Positions 53,369 through 64,000 of a stretch of 64,000 nt of DNA are shown here, piece after piece. The stretch's first letter is position 1, and the number at the start of each line of letters is the position of its first letter. The notes beneath the pieces were generated by a model, which did not search any database, was not told the DNA's origin, and worked only from the letters and a program-made list of their open reading frames with translations. The stretch comes from Tubulanus polymorphus (taxonomy: Eukaryota > Animalia > Nemertea): NCBI RefSeq assembly GCF_964204645.1, contig NC_134031.1:10416001-10480000 (forward strand). The letters run 5' to 3'. Both the position numbers and the translations under genes were made by a program.

Positions 53369-54496
53369 ATGAGTGGTAAAAAAACTCCTAATATTAAAGA
53401 ACAATATTTAAGAAATTTATATTACAACCCTGAGAGTTCGGTTGCTTATTCTTCTACTAAAAATATATGGCGTAAAGTAAAACAAGATAAATTAGATAAG
53501 ATAATCCCACAAAATTTAGTTAAATATAAAGATATAAATGAATTTATGTTAGAACAACCAACATATACAACACATAAAAAAATTGTTAGAAAATATAAAA
53601 CTCGTAAAACTATGGTAAGTTATGTAGATCAACAGTGGCAAGGAGAATTAATTGATATGAAAAATGTTAAGAAAGATAATGATGATTATTGGTGGTTATT
53701 GAATATAATTGATATTTTTAGTCGTTATGTATGGAGCTTCCCACTTTATAGAAAAGATGCTGTACAAACATCAAATGTTTTAAGAAAATTTCTTTCGGAT
53801 GATAAACTAAAACCAGAAAAAATACAATTTGATGATGGAAAAGAATTTGATAATTCACTTGTTCATGGACTTTTAGATTTTCATAATATTAAATATTTTT
53901 CAACAAAATCGGATAAAAAAGCAGCAGTTGTTGAACGATTTAATAGAACATTAAGAACAAGAATGTGGAAATATTTTACAGCAAATAATACTTTTAAATG
54001 GATTGATGTTTTACCAAAATTGATAGAAGGATATAATAATTCTTATCATTCTTCTATTGGAATGAAACCTATTGATGCTAGAAAACCTGAAAATGCTGAA
54101 ATTGTTTGGAATAATTTATATGGAGCATTTCTTGTAGATGATTTTGGTGAACCTAAATTTAAAGTTGGTCAAAATGTTAGAATTTCTAAGTATAAAAAGA
54201 TATTTGATAAAGGATACGATCGAAATTTTACTAGAGAAATATATAAAATAAAAAAGGTAATAACAACTAAACCATATGTCTATAAATTAGAAGATTTAGA
54301 TGGTGAAGAAGTTGATGGATATTTTTATGAAGAAGAATTAAGTTTAACTACTGAAAATCTAGAACAAGAATATAAAATTGAAAAAGTACTAAAAACAAAA
54401 ACTATTAAAAGAAAAAAATATTCTTTAGTAAAATGGGTTGGATGGCCAGATAAATTCAATGAATGGATATTATCAAGTAAAATTAAAAATATATAA
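53369..54496 (+). CDS. Retroviral-like (rve) integrase with C-terminal chromodomain
   Basis: QWQGELIDM, IDIFSRY, QFDDGKEF, VVERFNRTLR, YNNSYHSSIGMKP; YKIEKVL...LVKWVGWPDKFNEW. Confidence 0.93.
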   Translation: MSGKKTPNIKEQYLRNLYYNPESSVAYSSTKNIWRKVKQDKLDKIIPQNLVKYKDINEFMLEQPTYTTHKKIVRKYKTRKTMVSYVDQQWQGELIDMKNVKKDNDDYWWLLNIIDIFSRYVWSFPLYRKDAVQTSNVLRKFLSDDKLKPEKIQFDDGKEFDNSLVHGLLDFHNIKYFSTKSDKKAAVVERFNRTLRTRMWKYFTANNTFKWIDVLPKLIEGYNNSYHSSIGMKPIDARKPENAEIVWNNLYGAFLVDDFGEPKFKVGQNVRISKYKKIFDKGYDRNFTREIYKIKKVITTKPYVYKLEDLDGEEVDGYFYEEELSLTTENLEQEYKIEKVLKTKTIKRKKYSLVKWVGWPDKFNEWILSSKIKNI

Positions 54497-55105
54497 ATGA
54501 ATAAGGAATTATTCATATTTGAGCCTCATAATATGTTAATTTCTGGCGTAACAAATTGTGGAAAAACTTATTTCATATTAAATTTATTAGAAACTGTTTA
54601 TAAAAACTATTTTGATAATATAGTATTATTTTGTCCAACATATGAATTTAATCAAACTTATGATAGAAATATTACTAGGAATAATAAATTTATTATATTA
54701 GATCCTAAAACAGTAAAAGAAAATTTAGATAATTGTATAAAAATAGCAATTGATATTTATAAAGGATCAAATACATTATTTATCATAGATGATTGTGCAA
54801 ATTTACATGATTCAAAAATTAGAGAAAGTGAGTTATGCTATTTAGCTTTCTCTGGGAGACATTTTGGGATAACAACTTGGGTTTTAAATCAAAAATATAA
54901 TTCAATTGTTAAAGACTTTAGAGAAAACATTAGATTTCTAGTTTTATTCTACAATAAAGATAGAAAATCAATGAAAAATGCACTTGAGGAAAATGATATT
55001 ATTCCACATGATTTACATAATGAATATATGGATAAGTTGAAAAATATTAAAAGATCAAAATTACTATTTAGATTACAACACCCATTTAAATATGTATTTA
55101 TTTAA
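54497..55105 (+). CDS. A32-like FtsK-HerA packaging ATPase
   Basis: Walker A GVTNCGKT, Walker B FIIDD, GRHFGITTWVLNQ. Confidence 0.92.
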   Translation: MNKELFIFEPHNMLISGVTNCGKTYFILNLLETVYKNYFDNIVLFCPTYEFNQTYDRNITRNNKFIILDPKTVKENLDNCIKIAIDIYKGSNTLFIIDDCANLHDSKIRESELCYLAFSGRHFGITTWVLNQKYNSIVKDFRENIRFLVLFYNKDRKSMKNALEENDIIPHDLHNEYMDKLKNIKRSKLLFRLQHPFKYVFI

Positions 55106-55109
55106 ATTC

Positions 55110-55370
55110 AATTAGTTTGTTAATCTAGTTGAATTCTAGTTGAATTCTAGTTATTAGTAGTTGTAACAAAAATCAAATAGATTTAACAATATTTTAACTA
55201 GCTTGTTAATCTAGTTGAATTCTAGTTACATTCTAGTTGAATTCTAGTTGTTAGTAGTTGAAACAAAAATCAACTAGATTTAACAAGAAATAAACAAAAA
55301 CACTAATATTTCAACTAGCTTGTTAATCTAGTTGAATTCTAGTTACATTCTAGTTAAATTCTAGTTGCAA
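55110..55370. repeat. Internal non-coding direct/inverted repeat cluster
   Basis: Three copies of TTGTTAATCTAGTTGAATTCTAGTT...; inverted TCAACTAGATTTAACAAG. Confidence 0.8.
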
Positions 55371-55400
55371 CATCACACAATTAATTTTTTTGTTATATAA

Positions 55401-56006
55401 ATGGTAGGTGAAAAGAAAATAAAATCTAAAAATGGTGATGTTCCAATTGAAAAAACTTTAGATGATTTAGGAATAACAGAAACAAAATTAACTCCAGATG
55501 ATGGTGCTTTAAATATTGTTACAACAAATAATAATTATGAATATTATCTTTATTGTAAACATCAATTAGAAATATTAATAGCATCTGGAAAATGTAAAAA
55601 TTTTATCGGTAAAAATTTAACTTATAATGAATTAGATACAATGAAATCAGATGAAATTATTAGATTATTTAAGATTTATGAAGCCGCGAGAACAGCTAGA
55701 ATTAATGACGCGATATCAGAAAATGTAGTAAAAGGTTATAGTAAATTATGTAATTATATACTACCAATTGAAGATGAAAATAGATTATATTCCGATTTAA
55801 AAAATGATTATTTAGTTATGACTGAATTAAATAAATGGATTGGATATTTATCATTTCAATTAGGTGGATTTATGACATTATTATCAACTGGGGTTATAAC
55901 ATTTTCAAATATTGAAAGTAAAAATATTTCTATAATAAATGAGCGAAGTGAAAGAAGTGAAGGAATTAACTGTGAAGAAAAAACCGAGAACTCAGAAACA
56001 AATTGA
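55401..56006 (+). CDS. Hypothetical Polinton protein
   Basis: 201 aa, TAAATG start. Confidence 0.75.
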   Translation: MVGEKKIKSKNGDVPIEKTLDDLGITETKLTPDDGALNIVTTNNNYEYYLYCKHQLEILIASGKCKNFIGKNLTYNELDTMKSDEIIRLFKIYEAARTARINDAISENVVKGYSKLCNYILPIEDENRLYSDLKNDYLVMTELNKWIGYLSFQLGGFMTLLSTGVITFSNIESKNISIINERSERSEGINCEEKTENSETN

Positions 56007-56307
56007 ATGGTCTCGACAATTAGGAATTAAATCACAAGAATATAAAAAAGCTGTAAAAGAAAAAATAAGTAATAAAAATGTTAATAAAAATGGCGAAAAT
56101 ATTGTTATTTCTACTCCTTCTGATAGTAGAATATTTGATAAATATTTATATTTTACAGTTGGATTTGTAATTGTATTCATTTTGATTGGGTGTAATTGGT
56201 ATAAGAAATCAAATAAAATTCATGATATTAGTAATTCTGAACCAACTGCTATCAAAAATGAAAGTACTTCTGAAATTCCAAAATTGATAATAAAAAAAAT
56301 GGATTAA
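55939..56307 (+). CDS. Basic single-TM protein
   Basis: KKKPRTQKQIEW...LYFTVGFVIVFILIG; TAAATG start. Confidence 0.7.
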   Translation: MSEVKEVKELTVKKKPRTQKQIEWSRQLGIKSQEYKKAVKEKISNKNVNKNGENIVISTPSDSRIFDKYLYFTVGFVIVFILIGCNWYKKSNKIHDISNSEPTAIKNESTSEIPKLIIKKMD

Positions 56308-56471
56308 TATTTTAGAAAAAAAGCAAAAAAAAATAATTTTTTTTAATTAATTGAATATTAATTGAATATCTCACTACTTTTGTCTATCTATGTGGAGCAA
56401 TTAAATTGTCCAGATAAGTCATTTCGGATTCTAGATATTCATTATTTTTATTAATTTATTTTTTTTTAAAT

Positions 56472-56798
56472 TTAATCAACAATTTCTAAATCATGATGAC
56501 CGTCTTCATTTTTCCCATGATATATTATTTTAAATCCTACTAAATCTTTCAATTCCTCCGTACTCAATGAAACCCATTTATCGGGTAAAAACACTTTAAA
56601 TTCTCGTGATGTACTAACATTACAGTAGCTTAAATTAGCTGATACTTTCTCTCCATATTTAGTTTTTATCTTTTCTAATTTCAATATTTTATGTTCAATT
56701 TCTTTTGTAACATCAACTAACTTTTTTATTTCAAATTGTTTTTTTGCTGGTTTTATTCTGTTATTTATTGTTGCTAAGAATGCTTTTCTATCTCCCAT
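56472..56798 (-). CDS. Terminal small protein, possibly OB-fold
   Basis: KTKYGEKVSANL...KVFLPDKW; ATG lies inside the right TIR. Confidence 0.65.
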   Translation of the reverse strand: MGDRKAFLATINNRIKPAKKQFEIKKLVDVTKEIEHKILKLEKIKTKYGEKVSANLSYCNVSTSREFKVFLPDKWVSLSTEELKDLVGFKIIYHGKNEDGHHDLEIVD

Positions 56799-56913
56799 TT
56801 ATTAGGAAAAAAAATTACTTGTGGTGATGAGTGTTAGGAAAAAAATTAATTGTGGTGATGAGTGGTGTCTCGTACTTCGTACTTTGGTATGAAAGCCTAC
56901 TTTCCCAATTACT
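56794..56913 (-). repeat. Polinton right TIR
   Basis: Reverse complement of 40434-40553. Confidence 0.95.
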
Positions 56914-59900
56914 CGCGCTGAACGACGTTTTCGCGTCGAAAAGTGCTTTTCCTGACGATTTGAGCGCTTCAACTCATCGACATTGTTGTTTTTCCCATAG
57001 GGGGAATATTTGATACGAAAACGTCTTTTCTCGCGCTGAACGACGTTTTCGCGTCGAAAAGTGCTTTTCCTGACGATTTGAGCGCTTTTACGCATCGACA
57101 TTGCCGTTTTTCCGATAGGGGGAATATTTGAAACGAAAACGTCTTTTCTCGCGCTGAACGACGTTTTCGGGTCGAAAAGTGCTTTTCCTGACGATTTGAG
57201 CGCTTTTACGCATCGACATTGTCGTTTTTCCCATAGGGGGAATATTTGATACGAAAACGTTTTTTTCTCGCGCTGAACGACGTTTTCGGGTCGAAAAGTG
57301 CTTTTCCTGACGATTTGAGCGCTTTTACGCATCGACATTGTCGTTTTTCCCATAGGGGGAATATTTGATACGAAAACGTCTTTTCTCGCGCTGAACGACG
57401 TTTTCGGGTCGAAAAGTGGTTTTCCTGACGATTTGAGCGCTTTTACGCATCGACATTGTCGTTTTTCCCATAGGGGGAATATTTGATACGAAAACGTCTT
57501 TTCTCGCGCTGAACGACGTTTTTGGGTCGAAAAGTGCTTTTCCTGACGATTTGAGCGCTTTTACGCATCGACATTGTCGTTTTTCCCATAGGGGGAATAT
57601 TTGATACGAAAACGTCTTTTCTCGCGCTGAACGACGTTTTCGCGTCGAAAAGTACTTTTCCTGACGATTTGTGGGCTTTTACGCATCGACATTGTCGTTT
57701 TTCCCATAGGGGGAATATTTGATACGAAAACGTCTTTTCTCGCGCTGAACGACGTTTTCGCGTCGAAAAGTGCTTTTCCTGACGATTTGAGCGCTTCAAC
57801 TCATCGACATTGTCGTTTTTCCCATAGGGGGAATATTTGATACGAAAACGTCTTTTCTCGCGCTGAACGACGTTTTCGCGTCGAACAGTGCTTTTCCTGA
57901 CGATTTGAGCGCTTTTACGCATCGACATTGTCTTTTTTCCCATAGGGGGAATATTCGATACGAAAACGTCTTTTCTCGCGCTGAACGACGTTTTCGGGTC
58001 GAAAAGTGGTCTTCCTGACGATTTGAGCGCTTTTACGCATCGACATTGTCGTTTTTCCCATAGGGGGAATATTTGATACGAAAACGTCTTTTCTCGCGCT
58101 GAACGACGTTTTCGCGTCGAAAAGTGGTTTTCCTGACGATTTGAGCGCTTTTACGCATCGACATTGTCGTTTTTCCCATAGGGGGAATATTTGAAACGAA
58201 AACGTCTATTCTCGCGCTGAACGACGTTTTCGGGTCGAAAAGTGCTTTTCCTGACGATTTGAGCCCTTTTACGCATCGACATTGTCGTTTTTCCCATAGG
58301 GGGAATATTTCATACGAAAACGTCTTTTCTCGCGCTGAACGACGTTTTCGGGTCGAAAAGTGGTTTTCCTGACGATTTGAGCGCTTTTACGCATCGCCAT
58401 TGTCGTTTTTCCCATAGGGGGAATATTTTATACGAAAACGTCTTTTCTCGCGCTGAACGACGTTTTCGCGTCAAAAAGTACTTTTCCTGACGATTTGAGG
58501 GCTTTTACGCATCGACATTGTCGTTTTTCCCATAGGGGGAATATTTGATACGAAAACGTCTTTTCTCGCGCTGAACGACGTTTTTGGGTCGAAAAGTGCT
58601 TTTCCTGACGATTTGAGCGCTTTTTCGCATCGACATTGTCGTTTTTCCCATAGGGGGAATATTTGATACGAAAACGTTTTTTTCTCGCGCTGAACGACGT
58701 TTTCGGGTCGAAAAGTGGTTTTCCTGACGATTTGAGCGCTTTTACGCATCGACATTGTCGTTTTTCCCATAGGGGGAATATTTGATACGAAAACGTCTTT
58801 TCTCGCGCTGAACGACGTTTTCGGGTTGAAAAGTGGTTTTCCTGACGATTTGAGCGCTTTTACGCATCGACATTGTCGTTTTTCCCATAGGGGGAATATT
58901 TGATACGAAAACGTCTTTTCTCGCGCTGAACGACGTTTTTGGGTCGAAAAGTGCTTTTCCTGACGATTTGAGCGCTTTTTCGCATCGACATTGTCGTTTT
59001 TCCCATAGGGGGAATATTTGATACGAAAACGGGTTTTCTCGCGCTGAACGACGTTTTCGCGTCGAAAAGTGCTTTTCCTGACGATTTGAGCGCTTTTACG
59101 CATCGAAATTGTCGTTTTTCCCATAGGGGGAATATCTGATACGAAAACGTCTTTTCTCGCGCTGAACGACGTTTTCGGGTCGGAAAGTGCTTTTTTTGAC
59201 GATTTGAGCGCTTTTTCGCATCGACATTGTCGTTTTTCCCATAGGGGGAATATTTGATACGAAAACGGGTTTTCTCGCGCTGAACGACGTTTTCGCGTCG
59301 AAAAGTGCTTTTCCTGACGATTTGAGCGCTTTTACGCATCGAAATTGTCGTTTATCCCATAGGGGGAATATTTGATACGAAAACGTCTTTTCTCGCGCTG
59401 AACGACGTTTTCGCGTCGAAAAGTGCTTTTCCTGACGATTTGAGCGCTTTTACGCATCGCCATTGTCGTTTTTCCCATAGGGGGAATATTTGAAACGAAA
59501 ACGTCTATTCTCGCGCTGAACGACGTTTTCGGGTCGAAAAGTGCTTTTCCTGACGATTTGAGCCCTTTTACGCATCGACATTGTCGTTTTTCCCATAGGG
59601 GGAATATTTGATACGAAAACGTCTTTTCTCGCGCTGAACGACGTTTTCGCGTCAAAAAGTACTTTTCCTGACGATTTGAGGGCTTTTACGCATCGACATT
59701 GTCGTTTTTCCCATAGGGGGAATATTTGATACGAAAACGTCTTTTCTCGCGCTGAACGACGTTTTCGCGTCGAAAAGTGCTTTTCCTGACGATTTGAGCG
59801 CTTTTACGCATCGACATTGTCGTTTTTTTTTCCCATAGGGGGAATATTTGATACGAAAACGTCTTTTCTCGCGCTGAACGACGTTTTCGCGTCGAAAATT

Positions 59901-62900
59901 GCTTTTCCTGACGATTTGAGCGCTTTTACGCATCGACATTGTCGTTTTTCCCATAGGGGGAATATTTGATACGAAAACGTCTTTTCTCGCGCTTAACGAC
60001 GTTTTCGGGTCGAAAAGTGGTTTTCCTGACGATTTGAGCGCTTTTACGCATCGACATTGTCGTTTTTCCCATAGGGGGAATATTTGATACGAAAACGTCT
60101 TTTCTCGCGCTGAACGACGTTTTCGCGTCGAAAAGTGCTTTTCCTGACGATTTGGGCGCTTCAACTCATCGACATTGTCGTTTTTCCCATAGGGGGAATA
60201 TTTGATACGAAAACGTCTTTTCTCGCGCTGAACGACGTTTTCGGGTCGAAAAGTGGTTTTCCTGACGATTTGAGCGCTTTTACGCATCGAAATTGTCGTT
60301 TTTCCCATAGGGGGAATATTTGATACGAAAACGTCTTTTCTCGCGCTGAACGACGTTTTCGCGTCGAAAAGTGCTTTTCCTGACGATTTGAGCGCTTTTA
60401 CGCATCGACATTGTCGTTTTTTTTTCCCATAGGGGGAATATTTGATACGAAAACGTCTTTTCTCGCGCTGAACGACGTTTTCGCGTCGAAAAGTGGTTTT
60501 CCTGACGATTTGAGCGCTTTTACGCATCGACATTGTCGTTTTTCCCATAGGGGGAATATTTGAAACGAAAACGTCTATTCTCGCGCTGAACGACGTTTTC
60601 GGGTCGAAAAGTGCTTTTCCTGACGATTTGAGCCCTTTTACGCATCGACATTGTCGTTTTTCCCATAGGGGGAATATTTCATACGAAAACGTCTTTTCTC
60701 GCGCTGAACGACGTTTTCGGGTCGAAAAGTGGTTTTCCTGACGATTTGAGCGCTTTTACGCATCGCCATTGTCGTTTTTCCCATAGGGGGAATATTTTAT
60801 ACGAAAACGTCTTTTCTCGCGCTGAACGACGTTTTTGCGTCAAAAAGTACTTTTCCTGACGATTTGAGGGCTTTTACGCATCGACATTGTCGTTTTTCCC
60901 ATAGGGGGAATATTTGATACGAAAACGTCTTTTCTCGCGCTGAACGACGTTTTTGGGTCGAAAAGTGCTTTTCCTGACGATTTGAGCGCTTTTTCGCATC
61001 GACATTGTCGTTTTTCCCATAGGGGGAATATTTGATACGAAAACGTTTTTTTCTCGCGCTGAACGACGTTTTCGGGTCGAAAAGTGGTTTTCCTGACGAT
61101 TTGAGCGCTTTTACGCATCGACATTGTCGTTTTTCCCATAGGGGGAATATTTGATACGAAAACGTCTTTTCTCGCGCTGAACGACGTTTTCGGGTTGAAA
61201 AGTGGTTTTCCTGACGATTTGAGCGCTTTTACGCATCGACATTGTCGTTTTTCCCATAGGGGGAATATTTGATACGAAAACGTCTTTTCTCGCGCTGAAC
61301 GACGTTTTTGGGTCGAAAAGTGCTTTTCCTGACGATTTGAGCGCTTTTTCGCATCGACATTGTCGTTTTTCCCATAGGGGGAATATTTGATACGAAAACG
61401 GGTTTTCTCGCGCTGAACGACGTTTTCGCGTCGAAAAGTGCTTTTCCTGACGATTTGAGCGCTTTTACGCATCGAAATTGTCGTTTTTCCCATAGGGGGA
61501 ATATCTGATACGAAAACGTCTTTTCTCGCGCTGAACGACGTTTTCGGGTCGGAAAGTGCTTTTTTGACGATTTGAGCGCTTTTTCGCATCGACATTGTCG
61601 TTTTTCCCATAGGGGGAATATTTGATACGAAAACGGGTTTTCTCGCGCTGAACGACGTTTTCGCGTCGAAAAGTGCTTTTCCTGACGATTTGAGCGCTTT
61701 TACGCATCGAAATTGTCGTTTATCCCATAGGGGGAATATTTGATACGAAAACGTCTTTTCTCGCGCTGAACGACGTTTTCGCGTCGAAAAGTGCTTTTCC
61801 TGACGATTTGAGCGCTTTTACGCATCGCCATTGTCGTTTTTCCCATAGGGGGAATATTTGAAACGAAAACGTCTATTCTCGCGCTGAACGACGTTTTCGG
61901 GTCGAAAAGTGCTTTTCCTGACGATTTGAGCCCTTTTACGCATCGACATTGTCGTTTTTCCCATAGGGGGAATATTTGATACGAAAACGTCTTTTCTCGC
62001 GCTGAACGACGTTTTCGCGTCAAAAAGTACTTTTCCTGACGATTTGAGGGCTTTTACGCATCGACATTGTCGTTTTTCCCATAGGGGGAATATTTGATAC
62101 GAAAACGTCTTTTCTCGCGCTGAACGACGTTTTCGCGTCGAAAAGTGCTTTTCCTGACGATTTGAGCGCTTTTACGCATCGACATTGTCGTTTTTTTTTC
62201 CCATAGGGGGAATATTTGATACGAAAACGTCTTTTCTCGCGCTGAACGACGTTTTCGCGTCGAAAATTGCTTTTCCTGACGATTTGAGCGCTTTTACGCA
62301 TCGACATTGTCGTTTTTCCCATAGGGGGAATATTTGATACGAAAACGTCTTTTCTCGCGCTTAACGACGTTTTCGGGTCGAAAAGTGGTTTTCCTGACGA
62401 TTTGAGCGCTTTTACACATCGACATTGTCGTTTTTCCCATAGGGGGAATATTTGATACGAAAACGTCTTTTCTCGCGCTGAACGACGTTTTCGCGTCGAA
62501 AAGTGCTTTTCCTGACGATTTGGGCGCTTCAACTCATCGACATTGTCGTTTTTCCCATAGGGGGAATATTTGATACGAAAACGTCTTTTCTCGCGCTGAA
62601 CGACGTTTTCGGGTCGAAAAGTGGTTTTCCTGACGATTTGAGCGCTTTTACGCATCGAAATTGTCGTTTTTCCCATAGGGGGAATATTTGATACGAAAAC
62701 GTCTTTTCTCGCGCTGAACGACGTTTTCGCGTCGAAAAGTGCTTTTCCTGACGATTTGAGCGCTTTTACGCATCGACATTGTCGTTTTTCCCATAGGGGG
62801 AATATTTGATACGAAAACGTCTTTTCTCGCGCTTAACGACGTTTTCGGGTCGAAAAGTGGTTTTCCTGACGATTTGAGCGCTTTTACACATCGACATTGT

Positions 62901-64000
62901 CGTTTTTCCCATAGGGGGAATATTTGATACGAAAACGTCTTTTCTCGCGCTGAACGACGTTTTCGGGTCGAAAAGTGGTTTTCCTGACGATTTGAGCGCT
63001 TTTACGCATCGACATTGTCGTTTTTCCCATAGGGGGAATATTTGATACGAAAACGACTTTTCTCGCGCTGAACGACGTTTTCGGGTCGAAAAGTGGTTTT
63101 CCTGACGATTTGAGCGCTTTTACGCATCGCCATTGTCGTTTTTCCCATAGGGGGAATATTTGATACGAAAACGACTTTTCTCGCGCTGAACGACGTTTTC
63201 GGGTCGAAAAGTGGTTTTCCTGACGATTTGAGCGCTTTTACGCATCGCCATTGTCGTTTTTCCCATAGGGGGAATATTTGATACGAAAACGTCTTTTCTC
63301 GCGCTGAACGACGTTTTCGCGTCGAAAAGTACTTTTCCTGACGATTTGTGGGCTTTTACGCATCGACATTGTCGTTTTTCCCATAGGGGGAATATTTGAT
63401 ACGAAAACGTCTTTTCTCGCGCTGAACGACGTTTTCGCGTCGAAAAGTGCTTTTCCTGACGATTTGAGCGCTTCAACTCATCGACATTGTCGTTTTTCCC
63501 ATAGGGGGAATATTTGATACGAAAACGTCTTTTCTCGCGCTGAACGACGTTTTCGCGTCGAAAAGTGCTTTTCCTGACGATTTGAGCGCTTTTACGCATC
63601 GACATTGTCGTTTTTCCCATAGGGGGAATATTTGATACGAAAACGTCTTTTCTCGCGCTGAACGACGTTTTCGGGTCGAAAAGTGGTCTTCCTGACGATT
63701 TGAGCGCTTTTACGCATCGACATTGTCGTTTTTCCCATAGGGGGAATATTTGATACGAAAACGTCTTTTCTCGCGCTGAACGATGTTTTCGCGTCGAAAA
63801 GTGGTTTTCCTGACGATTTGAGTGCTTTTACGCATCGACATTGTCGTTTTTCCCATAGGGGGAATATTTGAAACGAAAACGTCTTTTCTCGCGCTGAACG
63901 ACGTTTTCGGGTCGAAAAGTGCTTTTCCTGACGATATGAGCCCTTTTACGCATCGACATTGTCGTTTTTCCCATAGGGGGAATATTTCATACGAAAACGT
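56914..64000. repeat. 118-bp satellite array, right part (variant B)
   Basis: Same monomer, resumes in phase after the TSD. Confidence 0.98.

Larger units (their letters stand above)
40434..56913. mobile_element. Full-length Polinton/Maverick (adintovirus-like endogenous virus), 16,480 bp
   Basis: AGT...ACT termini, 120-bp TIRs, TSD CGCGCT (40428-40433, 56914-56919); pPolB, integrase, ATPase, major and minor capsid genes; intronless and strongly AT-rich. Confidence 0.97.

Noticed and set aside
40434-56913. Microbial or viral contamination as the source of the intein-bearing segment
   Set aside because: Exact TSD, TIRs and in-phase satellite on both sides indicate integration, though read-level confirmation is still needed
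34755-63620. Many minus-strand ORFs (MGKTTMSMRKSAQIVRK...)
   Set aside because: Translations of the 118-bp satellite cycling through frames

Overview
Eukaryotic, probably invertebrate animal, genomic DNA made almost entirely of mobile and repetitive sequence (host assignment inferred from spliceosomal introns plus IS3EU, BEL/Pao and pogo-type elements). 1-33.9 kb: MITEs and minisatellites, an 8.6-kb IS3EU DNA transposon (spliced DDE transposase plus a SAM/HECT gene, 6-bp TSD) inserted into a decayed Mutator-like gene (Ulp1 protease, MULE transposase, SWIM, PHD), an intact spliced SGNH esterase gene, a non-autonomous TIR element and a BEL/Pao fragment. 33.9-64 kb: a 118-bp satellite array interrupted by a full-length 16.5-kb Polinton/Maverick endogenous virus (40434-56913; 120-bp TIRs, 6-bp TSD CGCGCT; pPolB, major and minor capsid proteins, integrase, packaging ATPase). 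The standout is a 355-aa intein with a LAGLIDADG homing endonuclease in the catalytic YxD|TD motif of the Polinton protein-primed polymerase, resembling (from my recall) the Mimivirus PolB intein. Nearly all Polinton genes also start in a poxvirus-late-like TAAATG motif. Together these suggest a virophage-like link to a large cytoplasmic DNA virus (inference). No searches were run; family calls rest on motifs read by eye.
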